Assembly: GCA_964426265.1 (NCBI GenBank)
Contig: CAYRQC010000230.1
Location: 1 to 24,848, forward strand
Direction: 5' to 3'
DNA from: an uncultured Phycisphaerales bacterium
Lineage (GTDB): Bacteria; Planctomycetota; B15-G4; SIAN01
Length of the DNA: 24,848 bases
Part shown: positions 8,576 through 16,709 of the stretch, one piece after another
Numbering within the stretch: the stretch's first letter is position 1
How the letters are laid out: every line of letters begins with the position of its first letter
Position numbers and translations under genes: made by a program
Notes under the pieces: generated by a model
Database searches by the model: none
What the model was told of the DNA's origin: nothing
What the model saw: only the letters and a program-made list of their open reading frames with translations

Positions 8576-8653
8576 CATGCCCCGCGGTTGGGCGGCCCGG
8601 GGAGGGGGGCAGAGTGTATCTGCCCCGCGAGGCCGTTCGCTGCGAGTGCACCC

Positions 8654-11464
8654 GTGGCGAGCGAGCGTTCCAAAGAGCTGGCGGCGTTGGCCTGGATTGG
8701 CGCGGGCATCTTCATGCTCGCGGCGATGCTGTCGTATGAAGAGGTCGTCAAGTCGGCCGACCGCTGGGACAACGTTTGCGGGCATTTCGGTTTCGTGCTC
8801 GCGCGTGCGCTGCTCGGCCAGCTCGGCTTCGCGGCGTACTTGATCCCGATCGCGCTGATCGGCGAAGGGGTGCGCCTTTTCGGGCGGTTCGCCGCACGGC
8901 CGATCGCGTTGCGGGCGGTGGGCATCCTCCTCTTCATGCCGATGCTTGCGGCGGTGCTGAACGACGCGCTTGGTGGTCACAGCACGCGGATCCCCGATCC
9001 CGGTGGCGACGTCGGCATCGTGCTCGCGCGGCTCCTGAAGCACGAAGGGGGGCTCGGGCTGTTCGGCGGCCGCATTGCGATGGCGGTGCTGTTGCTGATC
9101 ACCTTCGTCTTGTATGCGGATCTCCTCTACTCGCGCTCGGCGCTGAACGCGTTGCAATGGGTCGAGCGGCGCGGCGGCGTCGCTCGGCTCTTCGGATTCG
9201 GCGGCCGATCGGCGGAGGTCCCCAGCCGTTCGGCGAAGCGCGAGCGTGGCGATGAGCGCGCGGCGTCCGACGCCAGCGAGCCGGTCGCCTCGTCGAATGC
9301 CGAGCTGGACGCCGACCTCGCCCGCTCGCTCGAGTCGGATCGCGCGGTGCCGGCCGCTGAGCGTGTGCCGCCAGGCGCGCCGAAGCGGCGTCCAAAGCGA
9401 CGGGCTGCATCGGTTGGCGCGGCGGTCGACGCGGCCGTCGCGAGCGACGACTTCGTCGCCGATGAGGAGACGCAAGAAACGGTCGACGACGAAGTCGACC
9501 TCGCACCGCGCACGTCGCGTTCGAAGAAGACGGTGAAGTCGACCGTTATTTCGGAGGTCGACGCAGCTGCGGGCGGCGCAGACGCCGGGAACGACGAGGG
9601 GATGGACGACGGGGCTGGAGACGACGAGTCTCGGGGCGACGACCAGGCAGATGACGACGCCGGGCAGGTTGCTGCACGCGCCGCCGAGTCGACTGCTGTG
9701 GAGCCCTCCGCGACGCCGGCGGTGGGTGACGACGAGTCGGAGGCGCCGCCCTCGCCGATCGCGACGCCCATCCCGGCCATGGTGGCTCCGCGCAAGGCGC
9801 AGTTGCCCATCAAGTCCACGTTGATCGAGCCGCCCGAGCCGCCGCTGATCCGCCCCAACGCGCCCTACCAGTTCCCGCCCTACCAGTTGCTCGATCCGCC
9901 GGAACGCGAGAGCGGTGGCGACTTCATCAAGTTCACCGAGGAGGCGGCACGCAAGCTGACGACGGCGCTGAAGTCGTTCAAGGTCGAGGCGTGCGTCGTC
10001 GGAGTCCAGCGTGGGCCGTCGATCACGATGCTCGAGGTCGAGCTGGCGGCCGGCACGAAGCTCACGCGACTGCGCGCGCTCGAGGACGACCTGGCGATGG
10101 CGCTCGCGGCGCAGAGCGTTCGCATCGTCGCGCCGATCCCCGGCAAGTCGACCGCCGGCATCGAGATCCCGAACGATGCCCGCGAGATCGTCCGGATGTC
10201 CGAGCTCCTGCAATGGCAGGGCTGGAACCCGCAGAAGTACGCGATCCCGATCTGCCTGGGCAAGGACTCGAGCGGCGCGCCGCGCATCGAGGACCTCGCG
10301 AAGATGCCGCACCTGCTGGTTGCCGGCTCGACCGGCTCGGGCAAGTCGGTCTGCCTCAACACGCTGATCATGTCGATCCTCTTCACTCGGACGCCGGAGC
10401 AGGTGAAGCTGATCCTGATCGACCCGAAGATGGTCGAGCTGTCGTCGTTCCAGAACGTGCCGCACCTCATGTGCCCGGTCGTCACCGACATGAAGCGCGC
10501 GGCCGGCATCCTCGAGTGGGCGGTCGAGAAGATGGAGGAGCGTTACGCCCTGCTCCACAAGGTGGGCGTGCGCAACATTTACGCCTACAACAAGGTCGGG
10601 GACGAGGAGGTCAAACGGCGGCTCGGCGACGAGTTCTCGGAGGACTTCGAGACGACGCTGCCGTTCGTGGTGATCGTGATGGACGAGCTCGCCGACCTGA
10701 TGCTCTCCCACGGCAAGGATGTCGAGCAGTCGATCACCCGGCTCGCGCAGAAGTCGCGCGCCGTCGGGATCCACGTGATCCTCGCGACGCAGCGACCCTC
10801 GACCAACGTGATCACCGGCCTCATCAAGGCGAACCTGCCGACCCGGATCGCCTTCCGCGTGACGAGCAAGATCGACTCGCGCGTCATCCTCGACCAGAAC
10901 GGCGCTGACAAGCTGCTCGGCCAGGGCGACATGCTCTACGTGCCACCGGGCAGCGCCGATCTCTCGCGAGTCCAGGGCTGCTTCGTCACCGACCAGGAGA
11001 TCCGCCAGGTCGTCGATTTCCTCGCCGACCAGGGGCCGCCGCTTTACTCGCGGGAGCTGGTGCAGAAGCACAGTGCCTCCGACAAGGATCCGTCCGAGGT
11101 CGACGACCTGTTCGACGACGCGGCCAAGTTCGTGGTGGAGACGCAGCGTGGATCGGCGTCGCTCCTGCAGCGGCGGTTCGCGATCGGCTACACGCGTGCG
11201 TCGCGATTGATCGACTTGATGGCGAATGATGGGCTGCTCGGGGACTTCAAGGGCAGCCAGGCGCGTGAGGTGCTCTGCACGAGCATGGAGGAGCTCGCTG
11301 CGCGCCGCACCGAGCAGCGACAGACGCGCGGCGTGAAGACGACGAGCAAGAGCGAACCACCGGGTGAGTCCGCCACGGCGCGAGATCCCGAGTCATCGGG
11401 ACTCGACTTCGACGACGCGCTGGAGGGCGGGAACGAGGGCAGGAACGAGGAGATGAAGGCATGA
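8654..11464 (+). CDS. ftsK: DNA translocase FtsK/SpoIIIE (complete: TM domain, linker, alpha-beta motor, gamma domain)
   Basis: N-terminal TM helices, Walker A AGSTGSGKS, DPKMVEL, Walker B VIVMDELADLM, RLAQKSRAVGIHVILATQRPS, gamma domain SASLLQRRFAIGYTRASRLID. Start taken as GTG 8654 (the ORF track begins at 8588). Confidence 0.97.
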   Translation: MASERSKELAALAWIGAGIFMLAAMLSYEEVVKSADRWDNVCGHFGFVLARALLGQLGFAAYLIPIALIGEGVRLFGRFAARPIALRAVGILLFMPMLAAVLNDALGGHSTRIPDPGGDVGIVLARLLKHEGGLGLFGGRIAMAVLLLITFVLYADLLYSRSALNALQWVERRGGVARLFGFGGRSAEVPSRSAKRERGDERAASDASEPVASSNAELDADLARSLESDRAVPAAERVPPGAPKRRPKRRAASVGAAVDAAVASDDFVADEETQETVDDEVDLAPRTSRSKKTVKSTVISEVDAAAGGADAGNDEGMDDGAGDDESRGDDQADDDAGQVAARAAESTAVEPSATPAVGDDESEAPPSPIATPIPAMVAPRKAQLPIKSTLIEPPEPPLIRPNAPYQFPPYQLLDPPERESGGDFIKFTEEAARKLTTALKSFKVEACVVGVQRGPSITMLEVELAAGTKLTRLRALEDDLAMALAAQSVRIVAPIPGKSTAGIEIPNDAREIVRMSELLQWQGWNPQKYAIPICLGKDSSGAPRIEDLAKMPHLLVAGSTGSGKSVCLNTLIMSILFTRTPEQVKLILIDPKMVELSSFQNVPHLMCPVVTDMKRAAGILEWAVEKMEERYALLHKVGVRNIYAYNKVGDEEVKRRLGDEFSEDFETTLPFVVIVMDELADLMLSHGKDVEQSITRLAQKSRAVGIHVILATQRPSTNVITGLIKANLPTRIAFRVTSKIDSRVILDQNGADKLLGQGDMLYVPPGSADLSRVQGCFVTDQEIRQVVDFLADQGPPLYSRELVQKHSASDKDPSEVDDLFDDAAKFVVETQRGSASLLQRRFAIGYTRASRLIDLMANDGLLGDFKGSQAREVLCTSMEELAARRTEQRQTRGVKTTSKSEPPGESATARDPESSGLDFDDALEGGNEGRNEEMKA

Positions 11465-13302
11465 CGTTGGGCGCGCTGTCGTTGACCGATCGGCTTGGCG
11501 GCTGGCCGCAAGGCTGCCTGGTTTTCTTCATCTTTTTCTGGCTGCTGCTGGCGCTGCTTGGCATCCGGAACTCGCGGCTGCCGGTGCGCGTCGTCGGCTT
11601 CGCGACGTTCGTGATCGCGTCGGCGCTCTGGCTCGGGATGCACCCGGCCCAGACCGAACGGTGGCAGATCGATGCTGGCCTCCTCGGCTACTGGGGCAAG
11701 GCAGGTCTGCTGGGTCAACTCACCGGGTCGCCATCGGCCCTGAATGCGATCGGCGCGCTGCTGATCGTCTGCTCGGTCGTCGGGCTCCTCATCGCGGCCG
11801 ATTGGTTGCCGTTGTTGGCGCTTGCGCCATTGGCGGAGAAGGTCGACGCGCGATGGAAGGCGTCGGCGATGGCGCGGGAATTGGTTCGCTCCCGGCAGTC
11901 GCCCGCGGCGCCGAGACCGCCGCTCCCGCTGTTGCCACCGCTACCGGCGCCCACCATGCAGCGCACCGCCACGGCGACCGTGGTTGCACCGGCGGCACCA
12001 CCACCGCCAGCTCCAGCCGCTCTGGCTCCAGTCACAGCCTCGCCAGTGAACGCAGCTTCGGTGCGCGAAGTGGTTGCGGTGGAGCCATCCGCCGCCACGA
12101 CGTCGGAGGTCAATGGTGAGCTCGCCGACGAAGTCGACGACGGTGTCGACGACGTGGTGGTCCAGCCAACCACGCAATGGGAGCGGTTCAAGCCGCGCGC
12201 TCGTCCCGAGGAATCTCCTGACCGCTTGCCGGTAGACAAGGGGCTGCAACGGACGCATAACACCTCGCTTTCGGAGGGCGAAAGCCGCGCTGTAGAGGTG
12301 CCACCCTCCGATGTTTCCGTCGAGGCAAGTGTTCCGGCGGCCGCGGTGTTGTCGGAGGCGTCATCGCCTTCGGACGCTGCGCCCCAGCTGGCACCCGAGC
12401 AGAAGGACGCGCCCGTGTTCGAGCACGATCGAAACCCAGAGGACCCTACGGACGAAGCAGGCGCGGCCGTTGTCGCGACGCTCGACGAGTTGCTCGAGGC
12501 GGCTTCGAACGAGCCGCCCGCCGCCAGTGCCAGCGAGACGCTCGCCCCGCGCCGAAAGAAAGCAGACGAGCCCTCCGAAGATCCGGCCGAGGAGCCGACG
12601 GAAGAGCCTGCCGAGAAGCCCGATGAAGAGGGTGAGGGTGAGGGCGAAGGCGAGGAGGGTGAGGAGGACGACGAAGAGAGCTGGGACGACGACGACGCCG
12701 AGGAGGGTGACGACAAGGAGGATTGGGAAGAGGACGACGAGAAAGAAGACGAGGACGAGAAGGAAGAAGAGGAACCGGAAGAAGACGACGAAGAGGAGGA
12801 GGAGGAGGAAGAAGAAGACGACGACGATTGGGACGAGGACGAGGACGAAGAGGAAGACGACAAGGCGAAGGACGACGAAGAGGACGAAGAAGAGGAGGGC
12901 GGTGGTTGGGACGACGACCAGAGCTCGTCGACGCAGCCCACGCCGAAGGTCACCTCACTCACCGACGAGTCGATCACCCCACCCGTCGAACCACGGGTCG
13001 CCGCAGTCGAGCTCCCCGATCGGCTGCCTGCAGTGCCCGACGCGTTGGTGCTACCTCGTGGGTTCCTGGCCGACCTTCCAGACGAAGAGCGGCAACTGCT
13101 GACGCGTGCCGTCGCGCTCCTCCTCGCGGTCGAGACGGTCTCACTCTCCAAGCTCCAGCGCGAGCTCGCCATCACGTATTACGCTGCGGCTCGCGTCTTC
13201 GAACGGCTGGAGAAGGAGGGCTTCATCGCGCCCTACTCGGGCAGCCTGGCCCGTTCGGTTCGCATCACTCGCGAAGAGTGGGACCAACGCCTCCGGGCGT
13301 GA
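11461..13302 (+). CDS. Motor-less FtsK-like protein: TM anchor, Pro/Ala linker, hyperacidic tract, FtsK-gamma-like winged helix
   Basis: 613 aa, ATGA overlap with the ftsK stop. About 3 N-terminal hydrophobic helices. C-terminal LLTRAVALLLAVETVSLSKLQRELAITYYAAARVFERLEKEGFIAPYSGSLARSV aligns with the gamma domain of the upstream FtsK. No Walker A or B. Confidence 0.8.
   Translation: MTLGALSLTDRLGGWPQGCLVFFIFFWLLLALLGIRNSRLPVRVVGFATFVIASALWLGMHPAQTERWQIDAGLLGYWGKAGLLGQLTGSPSALNAIGALLIVCSVVGLLIAADWLPLLALAPLAEKVDARWKASAMARELVRSRQSPAAPRPPLPLLPPLPAPTMQRTATATVVAPAAPPPPAPAALAPVTASPVNAASVREVVAVEPSAATTSEVNGELADEVDDGVDDVVVQPTTQWERFKPRARPEESPDRLPVDKGLQRTHNTSLSEGESRAVEVPPSDVSVEASVPAAAVLSEASSPSDAAPQLAPEQKDAPVFEHDRNPEDPTDEAGAAVVATLDELLEAASNEPPAASASETLAPRRKKADEPSEDPAEEPTEEPAEKPDEEGEGEGEGEEGEEDDEESWDDDDAEEGDDKEDWEEDDEKEDEDEKEEEEPEEDDEEEEEEEEEDDDDWDEDEDEEEDDKAKDDEEDEEEEGGGWDDDQSSSTQPTPKVTSLTDESITPPVEPRVAAVELPDRLPAVPDALVLPRGFLADLPDEERQLLTRAVALLLAVETVSLSKLQRELAITYYAAARVFERLEKEGFIAPYSGSLARSVRITREEWDQRLRA
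12577..12918 (+). repeat. Low-complexity GAG/GAA/GAC-rich tract encoding ~114 aa, about three-quarters Asp/Glu
   Basis: EDPAEEPTEE...EEEEEEEEEDDDDWDEDEDEEEDD...GGGWDDD. Mixed synonymous codons indicate protein-level selection rather than slippage. Confidence 0.9.
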
Positions 13303-13326
13303 GTCCCACGGACGAGGCGCCAGGAC

Positions 13327-13932
13327 GTGACCCTCGCCAACAAGATCACCACCTCCCGACTGGCGCTTGCGGTGGTGCTGTTCGTGCTGCTCGATCTGCT
13401 CGGGCGCGGCGACCCGTTGCCGGGGTGGCCTCTCACGACGGTCTGCTTCGTCCTCTTCATCGTCATCACCGCGACCGACGCGCTCGACGGCTACTACGCG
13501 CGCAAGCTCGGGCAGGTCAGCGACTTCGGGCGCATCGCCGACCCCGCCGCCGACAAGGTGATCGTCTGCGGCTCGTTCGTCTTCCTCTCGGCCGTGCACT
13601 GGGGGCGCGAGATTGTTCCACCCTGGATCGTGGTTGCGATCCTCTGCCGCGAGTTCATCGTCACAGCGTTGCGCGGCTACATGGAGCGCAAGGGACACGA
13701 ATTCGGTGCTGATCCGGCTGGCAAGGTGAAGATGATCGTCCAGTGCGTCACGATTCCGGTCATCCTCGGATACCGGATCGTCGATGACGGACTCTCCGAC
13801 CGCTGGCCCGCGTTGCCGCGCGCGGTCTGGTGGTCGGCGGTGGTCCTGGTCTGGTTGACGCTGCTGATCACCGTCTGGAGCGGGATCGGCTACGTGCGCA
13901 AGTCGGCGATTCACCTGAGGGAGGGGTTGTGA
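13327..13932 (+). CDS. pgsA: CDP-diacylglycerol--glycerol-3-phosphate 3-phosphatidyltransferase
   Basis: LANKITTSRL, CDP-alcohol phosphotransferase motif TDALDGYYARKLGQVSDFGRIADPAADK, REFIVTALR, GKVKM. Confidence 0.95.
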   Translation: MTLANKITTSRLALAVVLFVLLDLLGRGDPLPGWPLTTVCFVLFIVITATDALDGYYARKLGQVSDFGRIADPAADKVIVCGSFVFLSAVHWGREIVPPWIVVAILCREFIVTALRGYMERKGHEFGADPAGKVKMIVQCVTIPVILGYRIVDDGLSDRWPALPRAVWWSAVVLVWLTLLITVWSGIGYVRKSAIHLREGL

Positions 13933-14471
13933 CGCAACGGACGCTGGCTGACCCTTCGACGCCGCGTCGCCAGCCGACGATGGTCGACCGCCTGAACGCG
14001 GCGGTGGTCTCTTGCTTCGGACTCGGCTACGCGCCGGTCGCGTCCGGGACGTTCGGTACGCTCGGTGGCGTTGCGCTGGTGTTGCTGCTCGAGAAGGTGG
14101 TCTGCCCGGGTCAGGGTTGGCACTTCGGCCTTGCTGCGGGCGTCGTCGCGGCGCTCATCCTGCTGCTCGGGATCGCGCTCGGCGGGTGGGCGGAACGCTA
14201 TTACCAGATGAAGGATCCCAAGCCGTTCGTGATCGACGAAGTGGTGGGCTACCTGGTCGCCGTCCTGCGCTGGAAGGGGGGCACTCCAGGCGTCTCGGAG
14301 CTGGTACTCGCGTTCTTCGCCTTCCGGTTGTTCGACGTCGTGAAACCGTGGCCGGCGCGCCGCCTCGAGTTCCTGCCGAAGGGGTTCGGCATCATGCTCG
14401 ACGATGTGGTCGCCGGGCTCTACGCGCTGGCGTTGGTGGCGGTGGTGCGCGACTGGAACGAGTGGCAGTAG
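13929..14471 (+). CDS. pgpA: Phosphatidylglycerophosphatase A
   Basis: FGLGYAPVASGTFGTL, KDPKPFVIDEVVG, FRLFDVVKPWP, GIMLDDVVAG. GTGA overlap with pgsA. Confidence 0.93.
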   Translation: MTQRTLADPSTPRRQPTMVDRLNAAVVSCFGLGYAPVASGTFGTLGGVALVLLLEKVVCPGQGWHFGLAAGVVAALILLLGIALGGWAERYYQMKDPKPFVIDEVVGYLVAVLRWKGGTPGVSELVLAFFAFRLFDVVKPWPARRLEFLPKGFGIMLDDVVAGLYALALVAVVRDWNEWQ

Positions 14472-14523
14472 CGCCAGCCGGAAGCCGCTCCTCGGCTCAC
14501 CCACACGATCGGGAGACGACGCC

Positions 14524-16218
14524 ATGGCGCGCCACAAGCACCGAAGCCATCCTCACCACGCTGGCGGCGCAGAGGGGAGTTCGGGCCCACCGCTCGCGGG
14601 CGGCGGCCGCAACAAGTCCTCCGGACTCGGAGTCGCTGCCCAGTTCTCGGTGGCGACGGCCGGGACCGTCGCGGCCTCGCTGGTCGTCTTCGGCTTCATC
14701 CTCTACCGGATCCTCGGCGGCATCCTCTCCGACGAGATCGATGCGACCGGTGTGCAGGCGGTGCGCGCGCTCGCGGTGGTCGATGCCGGATGTTGGGAGC
14801 CGTTCCACGAGACGGCGCTCGAGGGGCGCGGTGCCGAGTCGCGCTCGGCGGGCGGTCTCGGTCCGGTCACGCTCGCGGCCGACAAGAAGGCACAGTTCGA
14901 GAAGCGGAACGCGCTGAACAAGGCTCGCATGCGCCAACTGGTCGCGGCTCGCGGCACGAAGCTGCTCGACGCGGTGATCCTCGATCCGATCTCGCGCAAA
15001 GTCATCAGTGGCGCCGCCACGATCGCCTCCGAGCCGATCTCGAGCCGCGCCTTTGCCGAGGTGTCGATCCAGGAGGGCTACTACCTCGCCGACTCGGGAC
15101 ACGGCAACCAGCGCCGGACGGCCGCGCGCATCTACTCCGCCGACGTGAAGGATCAGGACGGCAAGGTCGCCGCCAAGGCGGTCGTCGCGCTCTCCGCGGA
15201 GAAGATCGGCGAGAGCCTGTCGCGCGTGCTGATGAGCCTCGTGCTGCTCACCGTGGTCTTCCTCGGTGTCGGGATCGGCGTCTCTTTCCTGGTGGCGCAG
15301 CGCATCACCAAGCCGATCCAGCAGCTCGCGGAGGACATCGAGACGGTGGCCGCGGGTGAGCTCGAACACCGGACGCAGGCGCACAGCTCGGACGAGATCG
15401 GGGTGCTCGCTCGCACGTTCGACCGCATGACACAGAGCCTCTTCGAGCTGCAAGGCGTCGAGAAGAAGCAAGCGGCGCAGGAGCACCAGATCGAGGTGGC
15501 GCGCGAGGTGCAGGCGGCCCTGCTCCCCGAGAAGCTGCCCCCGGTGCCGGGCTTCGAGTGCGCGGCGGTGTCGCGGGTCGCGGCCAAGGTGGCCGGTGAC
15601 TTCTACGACGTGTCAGAGATGGCTGCCGGCGCCAAGCTGCTGGCGGTCGTCTCGGCGTCGGGCGGCGGCGTACCGGGCGCGATGGTGGTGACGATGGCGC
15701 GCTCGCTGCTCAAGGCGCTTGCCGGAAACGAATCGTCGCCCGCCGAGCTGTTGCGCCGCGTGAACCACTTCCTGGCACCCGACCTGCGCCGCGGCATGTA
15801 CGTGTCGGCCCTGCTCGTGCGCGTCGATCCCGGCTCGGGAAAGATCGTCGTCGCCAACGCGGGGCACCATCCGCTGTTGATCGTCAAGAAAGGGGCGACG
15901 GCGGCCTCGCCTCTCCACAGTGACGGGATCGCACTCGGCTTCGACAAGGGGCCGATCTTCGACCGGACGATCAAGGATCGCGAGCTCGAGCTCCTGGCGG
16001 GCCAGCGGCTGCTGCTCTGTGCTCGTTCGCTGTTCGGCGTCAAGGACGCGGAAGGCCGCGAGATCGGCGAGGCGGCGGTCTATGAGCTCTTCGCCCGCGA
16101 GTCGGCGCGCGCCGGCGAGGAGTTCGTCGCGGCGGTCCTCGCGGAGCTCGAGCGGTTCCGTGCCGGCGCCGAGGCGAGCGACGACGTGACCTTCCTCACG
16201 GTGCGGCGGGCGGTGTGA
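14524..16218 (+). CDS. Membrane sensor with HAMP and SpoIIE/PP2C-like domain, probably catalytically impaired
   Basis: Two TM helices flanking an extracytoplasmic region; HAMP RITKPIQQLA...DEIGVLARTFDRM; SpoIIE-like AREVQAALLP, AGDFYD, VANAGH, DDVT. ATG 14524 after GGGAG. Confidence 0.88.
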   Translation: MARHKHRSHPHHAGGAEGSSGPPLAGGGRNKSSGLGVAAQFSVATAGTVAASLVVFGFILYRILGGILSDEIDATGVQAVRALAVVDAGCWEPFHETALEGRGAESRSAGGLGPVTLAADKKAQFEKRNALNKARMRQLVAARGTKLLDAVILDPISRKVISGAATIASEPISSRAFAEVSIQEGYYLADSGHGNQRRTAARIYSADVKDQDGKVAAKAVVALSAEKIGESLSRVLMSLVLLTVVFLGVGIGVSFLVAQRITKPIQQLAEDIETVAAGELEHRTQAHSSDEIGVLARTFDRMTQSLFELQGVEKKQAAQEHQIEVAREVQAALLPEKLPPVPGFECAAVSRVAAKVAGDFYDVSEMAAGAKLLAVVSASGGGVPGAMVVTMARSLLKALAGNESSPAELLRRVNHFLAPDLRRGMYVSALLVRVDPGSGKIVVANAGHHPLLIVKKGATAASPLHSDGIALGFDKGPIFDRTIKDRELELLAGQRLLLCARSLFGVKDAEGREIGEAAVYELFARESARAGEEFVAAVLAELERFRAGAEASDDVTFLTVRRAV

Positions 16219-16282
16219 CGCGGTGGGACGCGTGGTGGTGTGACGCGAAGGGTGATGCTCGGTGCGACCGCGAGGACGAGTC

Positions 16283-16594
16283 ATGACCGTCGGCGAGTTC
16301 CAGCGACTGATCGACGCGACCTTCGGCGCGAAGGACCGCGGCCGCGGGCTCGAAGGCACCTTCATGTGGTTCACCGAGGAGGTGGGCGAGCTGTCGCGGG
16401 CGCTGCGCCGCAACGTGCGCGGCCCGCCGCTCGAGACGGAGTTCGCCGACGTCCTCGCGTGGCTCTCCACCCTGGCGAGCATCGCTGGCGTCGATCTCGA
16501 GGCGGCTGCGCTGGCGAAGTACGGCGGCGGCTGTCCACGCTGTCGCGCGATCCCGTGCCGTTGCGCGGAGCCGGCGAGGAGCCAGGCGCCGTAG
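16283..16594 (+). CDS. MazG-like nucleotide pyrophosphohydrolase with C-terminal Cys cluster
   Basis: MTVGEFQRLI, WFTEEVGELSRAL, EFADVLAWL, KYGGGCPRCRAIPCRC. Confidence 0.88.
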   Translation: MTVGEFQRLIDATFGAKDRGRGLEGTFMWFTEEVGELSRALRRNVRGPPLETEFADVLAWLSTLASIAGVDLEAAALAKYGGGCPRCRAIPCRCAEPARSQAP

Positions 16595-16709
16595 CTCTTC
16601 TTGCGCCCGGCGATGAAACCAGCGGCAACGGCCATCGTCCTGATCGTGGATGCCGACCGGCTCGTTGCTCGCTCTTGGGCCGCGTAGTGTCGGCGCAGTG
16701 AGCCGAACC

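Noticed and set aside
8599-8606. KOPS-like GGGGAGGG just upstream of ftsK (another, GGGCAGGG, at 20432-20439)
   Set aside because: Several such octamers are expected by chance per 25 kb at this GC content, and the KOPS sequence of this lineage is unknown.
8093-11071. 992-aa antisense ORF opposite ftsK
   Set aside because: Shadow frame caused by high-GC codon bias; no recognisable motifs and fully overlapped by well-supported gmk and ftsK.
11400-11470. Possibility that the second FtsK-like gene is a frameshifted tail of ftsK
   Set aside because: The first gene already has a complete gamma domain and a stop, and the second has its own start, TM region and gamma domain.
11715-13175. 486-aa poly-Ser antisense ORF
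   Set aside because: It is simply the reverse complement of the Asp/Glu codon tract.
16534-16570. Cys cluster on the MazG-like protein as a novelty
   Set aside because: A CPxC..PCxC tail is a familiar feature of this small MazG-like subfamily.
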